Origin: Candidatus Yanofskybacteria bacterium CG10_big_fil_rev_8_21_14_0_10_36_16
Lineage (GTDB): Bacteria; Patescibacteriota; Minisyncoccia; 2-02-FULL-40-12; IGHO2-01-FULL-4-A
Assembly (NCBI GenBank): GCA_002794035.1
Contig: PCXQ01000005.1
Location: forward strand, 16,909 to 80,908
Length of the DNA: 64,000 bases
Direction: 5' to 3'
The notes beneath the pieces are model-generated. The model did not search any database and was not told the origin of the DNA. It saw only the letters and a program-made list of their open reading frames with translations. A program made the translations under genes and the position numbers. Shown piece after piece: positions 57,128 to 64,000 of the stretch; position 1 is the first letter of the stretch; every line of letters begins with the position of its first letter.

Positions 57128-57862
57128 TTATTTATTATTTTTTAAATTTAATTTTACCCCCTCAATCCACCCGGCAATCTGACGAGCCAACATTGAACTT
57201 TCTTTTACCCTAACCCTCAATAATCCATTCTCAGTTTTTTTAGATGTTTTTCTTCCGCCATCCTTAATAGGTTTTTTTCTTTTAATTTTTTGAAGATATA
57301 CCCTCGGAAAATATTCTTTATTAAATCCCGTTTCTTCACTCCAATAATTAATTACTTTGGCTCTTTTTCTCTCTCTGCTTTTTTCCAAAAAAATATCGAA
57401 GCTAATTTCCTCTTTTCTTAATTCCCCAACTTCAAAAAGCCATTTCAAAAATAATTTTATTAGATGAGAATCTGAACTTGTGAAACGCACTCCCTTTCTT
57501 GAATCACTATCATTTTCATTTAAACCTCTTTCTCTCCAGTAAAGCATCACGCCCATCAACCAAAGTTCTTTTTTAGAAATATCCTTGACAGATACCATAG
57601 CTTGATTTCTTATTTCTTCATTCATTTTTTTTATCTGTTCCGTTTTTTTCTTTGAACCCACCCTGATGGCTTCTATCTGTTTTTTCTTTAAGCGATTTGA
57701 TTGACGTTTTGATAATTTTATGTCCTTAAGCCAATACGAAAGAGTCGCTTTAGGTGCATTAACTCTTTTTTTGATCTCAGAATATGACAAGCCTTTTCTC
57801 CTTAGGTCAATAGCCTGTCTTCGTTTTTCCTTTTTTTCTTGTTGAATTACGTCTATGGACAT
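57128..57862 (-). CDS. HTH (resolvase/HTH_7-like) DNA-binding protein of unknown function, possibly mobile-element associated
   Basis: N-terminal RRKGLSYSEIKKRVNAPKATLSYWLKD. The rest is basic with no DDE or recombinase catalytic motifs. Confidence 0.4.
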   Translation of the reverse strand: MSIDVIQQEKKEKRRQAIDLRRKGLSYSEIKKRVNAPKATLSYWLKDIKLSKRQSNRLKKKQIEAIRVGSKKKTEQIKKMNEEIRNQAMVSVKDISKKELWLMGVMLYWRERGLNENDSDSRKGVRFTSSDSHLIKLFLKWLFEVGELRKEEISFDIFLEKSRERKRAKVINYWSEETGFNKEYFPRVYLQKIKRKKPIKDGGRKTSKKTENGLLRVRVKESSMLARQIAGWIEGVKLNLKNNK

Positions 57863-57917
57863 ACTACACTACGTTACTTAGTTATTACTAATATAATATC
57901 ATGGTATATTATTATAG

Positions 57918-57926
57918 TTATCCACA
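57918..57926 (+). promoter_or_regulatory. Perfect DnaA box TTATCCACA
   Basis: Exact 9-mer in the intergenic region upstream of the PLP-enzyme gene. Confidence 0.3.
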
Positions 57927-58076
57927 ACTAAATTAAGCCCGATTTTACTTATTTTTTTAACTTATTTTTTTGTATTTATCATTTTTATGACCCACTCCCC
58001 CTTTTTTAGTGCTTCATTGTAATTTAAAGCATAAATTGATATAAATACATATAGTTTTTTAAAATTATATGAGGTA

Positions 58077-59324
58077 ATGATTGTGGAAGACAAAAGGGCT
58101 AGGAAATGGCATTCGCAAACCGACTTGATTCAAGCTGGATTTTTGGCCGAATGGTCTGAAGGCGCTATTAGACCTCCGATTTTCCCCAACACTACATATT
58201 TATCAAAATCAGCAGAAGAACTTGAACGTGCTTTCAGAATTGCTTACGGTCTTTGCAAACCCGACCCTGAGATGCCCCCTGTATTAATGTATAACAGAAT
58301 TAATCATCCTAATGCTGAAATATGTGAGGATAGACTAAGTCTGGCGACAGGTTCTGAAGCATGTGCACTATTTTCAAGCGGTATGGCAGCAATAGATACA
58401 CTACTCTTTACCCTTAATTCTGGAGACACAATATTGCACAGCAGGCCTGTTTATGGAGGCACAAACCACCTCATAAAAGAGGAGCTGGTGCGATTTGGGA
58501 TCAATAATGTAAGCTTTGGGCCAGATGACGACTATAACGATATTAACAAAATCATTAGTAAAGCCAACTCCAAAAACTTAGCTATTGTTTATGTGGAATC
58601 CCCCGCCAATCCAACAAACACGCTTTTTGACCTTGAATTATGCGGCCGAATAGCAAAAGAACATAAAGCACTTTTTGTGGTAGACAACACTTTTCTAGGA
58701 CCCATGTGGCAAAACCCGACTAAATTTGGAGCTGATCTAGTGGTATATTCTGCAACCAAATTTATAGGTGGCCACAATGATGTTCTTAGTGGGGCAATTA
58801 CCGGCTCTAAAAAATTAATCTCAGAAATTAAGGCCAGAAGAGGCATAAAAGGTAATATTGCAAGCCCTTTTAGTAGCTGGCTTTTAACAAGAAGCCTAGA
58901 GGATTTATTTTTAAGAACAAAAAAGCAAATGGAAAATGCCAAAAAAATTGCCAAGTTTTTAAACAAGCACCCTAATGTTACAAATGTATATTACCCCTCT
59001 CTTTTTGAGGGCAAACAGGGTCAAATATATAAAAAACTTGGTATTAAACCAGGAGCCATGATACCTTTTGAAATTAAAGGCACAAAGAGAGAAGCTTATT
59101 TATTTTTAAACAACCTAAAACTTGTCAAATTGGCGGTAAGTTTAGGCGGAACGATTACATTAGCAGAACATCCCCACAGCATGACCCATATAGGCGTCTC
59201 TGATAAAGATAAGATCGAGTCAGGAATTAATGAAAGTTTGATAAGATTATCAGTCGGCCTTGAACATTACAAGGATATTATAAAAGACCTTGATCAGGCC
59301 TTATATAAAATATATGCAAAATAA
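58077..59324 (+). CDS. Cys/Met-metabolism PLP-dependent enzyme (cystathionine gamma-synthase / methionine gamma-lyase family)
   Basis: PLP-Lys motif YSATKFIGGHNDVLSG and a family-typical N-terminal region. Confidence 0.8.
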   Translation: MIVEDKRARKWHSQTDLIQAGFLAEWSEGAIRPPIFPNTTYLSKSAEELERAFRIAYGLCKPDPEMPPVLMYNRINHPNAEICEDRLSLATGSEACALFSSGMAAIDTLLFTLNSGDTILHSRPVYGGTNHLIKEELVRFGINNVSFGPDDDYNDINKIISKANSKNLAIVYVESPANPTNTLFDLELCGRIAKEHKALFVVDNTFLGPMWQNPTKFGADLVVYSATKFIGGHNDVLSGAITGSKKLISEIKARRGIKGNIASPFSSWLLTRSLEDLFLRTKKQMENAKKIAKFLNKHPNVTNVYYPSLFEGKQGQIYKKLGIKPGAMIPFEIKGTKREAYLFLNNLKLVKLAVSLGGTITLAEHPHSMTHIGVSDKDKIESGINESLIRLSVGLEHYKDIIKDLDQALYKIYAK

Positions 59325-59349
59325 TCCAAAAGACCCTTTCGGGTCTTTT

Positions 59350-60519
59350 TTATTGTGCATTTTCTATTTCAACAAGCCGTTTATACTTAATCAGTCTTTC
59401 TTTTTGTGTAGGAGATCCGGCCTTAAGACCATCAGCGCCAGACCCATAAGCCAAATCAGCTATAAAATCATCCATGGTCTCTCCGCTTCTGTGAGAAACA
59501 ACAACTGTCCAACCCAAATCTTTGGCCTGTCTTATTGCATAAATAGACTCACTAACTGTTCCAATTTGATTTGGTTTTATTATAACCCCAGTAATACTTT
59601 CATGGCCTTTAGCTTCATTTATTCTTTCAATATTTGTAACGGTAAGATCATCCCCTGTTACAACAACATCCTTACCCAATCTTTCCTGCAATTTAGCAAA
59701 TTTTTCAAAATCATTTTCTGAAAATGGATCCTCTAGATACCAAAGGCCGTAATTTTGTTTCATTTGATCATAAATGTCATGAAGTTCGCTTTCTGGTATA
59801 TCTACTCCGTTTGCGGCCGCATCGAGTCCGAAATCAATCTTCCCTTCAAGTTTTAACTCCCTAATCGCCTGAGACAAAACCTCGAATGGTTCAAAATTGT
59901 CATAAAAATCAGGCGCAAACCCTCCCTCATCCCCCTTCCTTATTTCCTTACCTGACTGCTCCAGCATCACCTCTGTTTGCTTTATTATTTTATATGCTGT
60001 ATCCAATGACTCTTTGGTACTCTTAGAAACTGGGATGATAAGATATTCTTGAAAATCAAGATTGTTTTCAGCATGCAACCCCCCATTTATCACATTAACG
60101 AATATCCTAGGTACTTTATCTGGTCTACCACTTTTGCCTAAAACCTTCCTGAAATACTCCCACAATTGAATATTCTCTGCCAATGCTGAGGACCTGGCGT
60201 ATGCAAGAGATACTCCCAAAATAGCATTGGCTCCTAATTTTCCTTTATTTTCAGTTCCATCAAGCCCCATTAATCTTTTGTCCAACCCTTCTTGGTTTGA
60301 AGTTCCAAAGCCCCTTAGTTCAGGCTCAATAATATTTTTTATATTCTCAACCGCTTTTTCCGGATCAACGTATTTTGCTTCATGTGCTCCTGTGCTTTTG
60401 CCCTGCGGAATTGCAACAGTCCCCGACATACCGTTATCTAAACCCACGGCCACACTTATTGTGTCCTCGCCTCTAGAATCTTTTATAACCTCGGAAATTA
60501 TTGATTGAATTTTCGCCAT
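59350..60519 (-). CDS. eno: Enolase
   Basis: N-terminal IKDSRGEDTISVAV...PQGKSTGAHEA and the signature VVSHRSGETMDDFIADLAYG. The start is taken at MAKIQ; the track ORF starts 27 nt earlier. Confidence 0.9.
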   Translation of the reverse strand: MAKIQSIISEVIKDSRGEDTISVAVGLDNGMSGTVAIPQGKSTGAHEAKYVDPEKAVENIKNIIEPELRGFGTSNQEGLDKRLMGLDGTENKGKLGANAILGVSLAYARSSALAENIQLWEYFRKVLGKSGRPDKVPRIFVNVINGGLHAENNLDFQEYLIIPVSKSTKESLDTAYKIIKQTEVMLEQSGKEIRKGDEGGFAPDFYDNFEPFEVLSQAIRELKLEGKIDFGLDAAANGVDIPESELHDIYDQMKQNYGLWYLEDPFSENDFEKFAKLQERLGKDVVVTGDDLTVTNIERINEAKGHESITGVIIKPNQIGTVSESIYAIRQAKDLGWTVVVSHRSGETMDDFIADLAYGSGADGLKAGSPTQKERLIKYKRLVEIENAQ

Positions 60520-60538
60520 AAGATTAATTCTACTTCTT

Positions 60539-61546
60539 TTATACAATATTTACGGGTTTACCATCTATAAAACCCTTTAAATCCTCAACTGTTGTATTTA
60601 ATATCCTTTCTATTGCTTCTTGTGTATTAAATGCATTGTGAGGAGTAACTATAACATTCGGCATGTCTATAAGGGCATGATTTTGAAGAAGTATCTTGAG
60701 ATCATGCTCGGCCGGATTTCCTGAAACCAAAAAAGTAAGTTCATCTTTTGTTGGTCCCTCTTCCTCAAACACATCAAGCCCTGCTCCACCCAAATGGCCA
60801 CTTTTCAAAGCTCCAAACAAAGCCTCTGTTTCAACAACAGCGCCACGGCTGGTGTTAACAAGATAAGCCCCTTTCTTCATCAGTCCAATATTGTCCTTAT
60901 TAATTAGATGATGAGTTTCTTTAAGATACGGCACGTGAATGGTTACAACATCGCTATTTTTTAAAGTATCTTCAAGTGGTTGATACTCAAATCCCAACTC
61001 TTTAGCCATTTCTTCATTAGGAAAAGCGTCGAACCCTATTACTTTCATCCCGTAACCATTAGCAATTTTTATTGCATATTTTCCTATTCTGCCCGTACCC
61101 ACAACACCTAGCGTCTTGCCTTTTAAATCAAAACCTCTGAGTCCATCCAGATTCCAACTCCCTTCTTCTCTTATACGATGATAGCTTTGGGGTATCTTTC
61201 TTGCCAATGCTGTTATTAGAGAGAAAGCAAACTCAGCTACAGTATTTTCACCATAAGCTGGTACATTGGCGACAGCAACACCTTTTTCGGTACATGCTTC
61301 AAGGTCTATGTGATCATAACCGGTTGATCTGGTTACAACCAATTTTAAGTTAGGAAGTTTTTCTAAAACTTCCTTGTCTACCATAGAATTAACAAAAACA
61401 CACACGGCTTCTACGCTGGCGTCCTCAGGCAAATTATCCTTATCTAAAACAGTGTCGTAAAACAAAAAATCATGCCCCTCAAGACGTTTATCTGATTGTA
61501 CGAACTCTTTTTGCCAATCCTCTAATTTAAAAAATGCAATGCGCAT
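60539..61546 (-). CDS. ldhA: D-lactate dehydrogenase (D-isomer-specific 2-hydroxyacid dehydrogenase)
   Basis: GVVGTGRIGKYAIKIANGYGMKVIGFD NAD-binding fold, VPAYGENTVAEFA and NTSRGAVVE, colinear with LdhA. Confidence 0.75.
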   Translation of the reverse strand: MRIAFFKLEDWQKEFVQSDKRLEGHDFLFYDTVLDKDNLPEDASVEAVCVFVNSMVDKEVLEKLPNLKLVVTRSTGYDHIDLEACTEKGVAVANVPAYGENTVAEFAFSLITALARKIPQSYHRIREEGSWNLDGLRGFDLKGKTLGVVGTGRIGKYAIKIANGYGMKVIGFDAFPNEEMAKELGFEYQPLEDTLKNSDVVTIHVPYLKETHHLINKDNIGLMKKGAYLVNTSRGAVVETEALFGALKSGHLGGAGLDVFEEEGPTKDELTFLVSGNPAEHDLKILLQNHALIDMPNVIVTPHNAFNTQEAIERILNTTVEDLKGFIDGKPVNIV

Positions 61547-61628
61547 AAAGATAATATTAATCTAAAATTTTATCCGAATACTATAAATATTCGAACAAAA
61601 TAACAGATTGAATAATTAACTGAAATGT

Positions 61629-61656
61629 TGACAAGTTTTTTTGATTTGTTAAAATG
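61629..61656 (+). promoter_or_regulatory. Sigma70-like promoter with no plus-strand gene downstream
   Basis: TTGACA at 61629-61634, a 16-nt spacer, then TAAAAT at 61651-61656. Confidence 0.55.
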
Positions 61657-61662
61657 GGCAGG

Positions 61663-61763
61663 TAAGTGGCACAGACCTGACCACTCCAAGAAAACCTTGG
61701 ATCGCCAGGGATCCCACCGAAGCCTGTACAGGCTGCCCGCCGGAGCGATATCCGGCTTTTTTG
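61663..61763 (+). ncRNA. Candidate small RNA of about 100 nt, unclassified, antisense to the gap between pps and ldhA
   Basis: GC-rich multi-hairpin sequence (GTGG...CCAC, CCAAG-aaaac-CTTGG, GGATC-gccagg-GATCC) closed by GGGCAG/CTGCCC and ending in the terminator at 61740-61763. Confidence 0.45.
61740..61763 (+). terminator. Plus-strand intrinsic terminator
   Basis: GCCGGA-gcgata-TCCGGC followed by TTTTTT. There is no U-run on the other strand. Confidence 0.7.
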
Positions 61764-61769
61764 TTAATA

Positions 61770-64000
61770 TTATTTCTCTTTCTCTGCTATTGCCATTAAG
61801 GTCTTAATTACGGTATCAGGAGTTAACGACATACTTTCAATTCCTTTCTCAACCAAAAACTCGGCGAAGTCAGGAAAATCAGACGGTGCCTGACCGCAAA
61901 TTCCAATGTATTTACCCTTTGATTTTACCTTTTGGATTATCTGATCAACAAGAATTTTTACTGCTTCATTGTTTTCATTTGCAACTTTATTAACAGTGCT
62001 TGAATCTCTGTCCAAACCTAAAGTAAGCTGAGTCAAATCATTTGAGCCTATAGACATGCCGTCAAAAATCTCAAGAAATTGATCCGCCAAAATAATATTG
62101 GAAGGTATTTCACACATTATATAAACCTTAAGCTCACTGTCTTTTTCTCTGTCTAATCCATATTCCTTCATTATATCAACCACCTTTTGTCCTTCTTCAA
62201 TTGTTCTGCAAAATGGAACCATCGGCACTACATTTTTTAGTCCCATCTCATCACGCACCTTTTTTAGCGCCTGACATTCAAGCCCGAAAGCATCTTTAAA
62301 GTCGGGGTGATAATATCGGGAAGCCCCACGCCAACCAAGCATAGGGTTTTCTTCTTCCGGTTCATATAATTCACCGCCAAGCAGTGTGCGATACTCATTT
62401 GTCTTAAAATCAGAAAATCTTATAATGACCGGATTTGGCCAAAAAGCAGCACCTATCTTAGCTATACCTTCGGCAAGTTCATTTATATAATATTCTTTTT
62501 TATTCTCATAGCCTTTTGTTAGCTCATCTATTTTTTTAACAATTTCTACATTAGAACCTTCCTCCTTTATTTTGTCATAATTTATTAAAGCATTCGGATG
62601 AACCTTAATGTGTGAAGCTATTATAAATTCTAAACGGCCAAGACCTACGCCCTTTGCTGGTAAAACATGGTACCTAAATGCCTCATCAGGAGCACCGATG
62701 TTAACCATTATTTTTGTTTTAGTTTCAGGTATTTTATCTAGCTGATGCTCCTCTGTTTCAAATTCGAGAATCCCTTCATAAATAATACCGTTTTTACCCG
62801 AAGAACAGTCAACAGTAATCTCCTGGCCTGTTTTTAATGTTTGAGTAGCTGTTCCCGAACCAACCACGGCTGGTATCCCTAATTCACGAGAAACAATAGC
62901 CGCGTGAGATGTCCTTCCTCCTTTGTCTGTAACAATAGCTGAGGCTATCTTCATAATGGGCTCCCAATCAGGATCTGTGATTTCCGTAACCAATATCTCA
63001 TCTTTTTGAAATTCGCTTATGTCCTTTACATCCTTAATAACCCTGACTTTTCCTGTTGCAATCTTTGATCCAACGGCTGTTCCCCTCACCAACTCATTGC
63101 CTTTTTTATTCAAATGATATTCTTTATATACATTTTTATCTGCTGTAGAGTGAACTGTTTCAGGTCTTGCTTGGACAATGAATAGTTCGCCAGTGTTTCC
63201 GTCTTTGGCCCACTCAACATCCATAGGTTGATATTTACCATGTTTTTCTGAAAAATATTTTTCTATTTGAGCCACCCAGCCAGCCAATTGCAGAACTTCA
63301 TCATCTGATAGACAATACTTGGTTTTTTCATCCTCCGACACATCTTCAATCTTTGTAGCCTCTTTTTCAGAATAAACCATTTTTATATCTTTATCTCCTA
63401 AATTTCTTGAAATAATGGGCCTGAGATTATCTTTTAGCATGGGCTTAAAAACAATAAATTCATCTGGAGTAACCTTTCCTTGAACAATCATTTCGCCTAA
63501 ACCATATGAACCATTTATAATCACCACCTTATCAAAACCTGTTTCAGTATCAATAGAAAAAGCGACCCCCGATGAAGCAAGGTCGCTTCTAACCATTTTT
63601 TGAACACCCACAGATAAGGCGACATCAAAATGAGAAAATCCCTTATCCTCTCTATAAGATATCGCTCTGTTTGTAAAAAGAGAGGCAATTGCTTTTTTAA
63701 CTGATTCTAAAAGTGCATCCTCTCCCACAATATTTAAATATGTCTCTTGCTGGCCAGCAAAAGAAGCACCGGGCAAATCTTCCGCCGTAGCAGATGACCT
63801 AACAGCCACATCAGGATTTTCACCATATTCTTCTCCCATCTTTTTGTAAGCTTTAGATATTTCTTCTTTCAAATCTTCAGGCATCTCTGATTCTAAAATC
63901 AAATTCCTTACGTTCTCTCCTCTTTTGGCGAGATCTTCAACATTGCTGGTATCAAGCCCGTTCAGTGCTTCTTTTATTTTGTCTTTAAGCCCAGCTTTTT
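61770..64000 (-). CDS. ppsA: Phosphoenolpyruvate synthase / PEP-utilising enzyme; the N-terminus lies beyond the window end
   Basis: ATP-grasp VAVRSSATAEDLPGASFAGQQETYLN, phospho-His GGRTSHAAIVSRELGIPAVVG and C-terminal GSNDLTQLTLGLDRDS. The reading frame stays open through 64000; the track start is an internal TTG. Confidence 0.7.
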   Translation of the reverse strand, partial: KAGLKDKIKEALNGLDTSNVEDLAKRGENVRNLILESEMPEDLKEEISKAYKKMGEEYGENPDVAVRSSATAEDLPGASFAGQQETYLNIVGEDALLESVKKAIASLFTNRAISYREDKGFSHFDVALSVGVQKMVRSDLASSGVAFSIDTETGFDKVVIINGSYGLGEMIVQGKVTPDEFIVFKPMLKDNLRPIISRNLGDKDIKMVYSEKEATKIEDVSEDEKTKYCLSDDEVLQLAGWVAQIEKYFSEKHGKYQPMDVEWAKDGNTGELFIVQARPETVHSTADKNVYKEYHLNKKGNELVRGTAVGSKIATGKVRVIKDVKDISEFQKDEILVTEITDPDWEPIMKIASAIVTDKGGRTSHAAIVSRELGIPAVVGSGTATQTLKTGQEITVDCSSGKNGIIYEGILEFETEEHQLDKIPETKTKIMVNIGAPDEAFRYHVLPAKGVGLGRLEFIIASHIKVHPNALINYDKIKEEGSNVEIVKKIDELTKGYENKKEYYINELAEGIAKIGAAFWPNPVIIRFSDFKTNEYRTLLGGELYEPEEENPMLGWRGASRYYHPDFKDAFGLECQALKKVRDEMGLKNVVPMVPFCRTIEEGQKVVDIMKEYGLDREKDSELKVYIMCEIPSNIILADQFLEIFDGMSIGSNDLTQLTLGLDRDSSTVNKVANENNEAVKILVDQIIQKVKSKGKYIGICGQAPSDFPDFAEFLVEKGIESMSLTPDTVIKTLMAIAEKEK

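Noticed and set aside
61625-61807. 60-aa ORF at 61625-61807 (+)
   Set aside because: It spans a promoter, a structured GC-rich segment and a terminator. It has no RBS, and its product runs through the terminator hairpin. It is better explained as an sRNA locus.
1-64000. rRNA genes, CRISPR arrays, IS transposases, integrases, group II introns and DGR reverse transcriptase
   Set aside because: No long GC-balanced structured tracts typical of rRNA. No array of three or more regular repeats. No DDE, tyrosine or serine recombinase or RT motifs in any frame on inspection. The only mobile-element-like signal is the HTH_7-type protein at 57128-57862.

Overview
This is a 64 kb, AT-rich bacterial chromosomal window with roughly 58 protein genes and two tRNAs, mostly on the minus strand. 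It has no rRNA, CRISPR, transposase or reverse transcriptase. Gene order and content look like a small-genome uncultivated bacterium, possibly Patescibacteria/CPR-like, though a TonB-dependent-receptor-like barrel and an acyl-CoA dehydrogenase argue for caution.

Housekeeping genes I recognise:
- lexA, prs, tRNA-Ala(UGC), tRNA-Ile(GAU), a family-4 uracil-DNA glycosylase and an FtsQ-like protein
- alr, serS, lysS and greA
- the mreB-mreC-mreD-mrdA shape operon
- a UvrD-type helicase fused to a Cas4/AddB-like Fe-S PD-(D/E)XK nuclease
- enolase, D-lactate dehydrogenase, PEP synthase (partial at the right edge), a Cys/Met-metabolism PLP enzyme and an acyl-CoA dehydrogenase (partial at the left edge)

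Accessory content is dominated by cell-surface and secreted functions:
- a GT-C/TPR glycosyltransferase divergent from a GT4 glycosyltransferase, next to Thr/Pro-rich secreted proteins
- a 1201-aa S/T/G-rich surface protein
- a 1128-aa secreted nuclease with phospholipase-C/P1-like, SNase, lamin-tail and beta-propeller domains
- a GH5-like hydrolase and a ceramidase-like hydrolase flanked by two CPBP (Abi) intramembrane proteases
- a CaCA exchanger, DedA, a CAP-domain protein and a DsbA-like/VKOR disulfide pair

The items I consider most worth follow-up:
- two orphan plus-strand promoter-to-terminator units embedded between minus-strand genes (about 200 nt at 19.2 kb and about 100 nt at 61.7 kb), which look like unclassified small-RNA genes
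- a roughly 1 kb gene-free region between the two giant secreted-protein genes, carrying two perfect DnaA boxes, an AT-rich repeat tract and its own minus-strand promoter and terminator
- a locus at 36.4-38.9 kb combining a dispersed GC-rich repeat hairpin, an 18-bp perfect palindrome, two tandem paralogous small proteins of unknown family, a wHTH protein with internal tandem repeats, and a trypsin-like protease homologue apparently lacking the catalytic Ser
- LexA carrying a C-terminal excisionase-type HTH
- a stereotyped GCCCCGC-tetraloop-GCGGGGC intrinsic-terminator family reused at least ten times
- a 56-aa membrane-protein ORF missed by the 60-aa cutoff

Every functional call rests on motif recognition by eye; I ran no database search.
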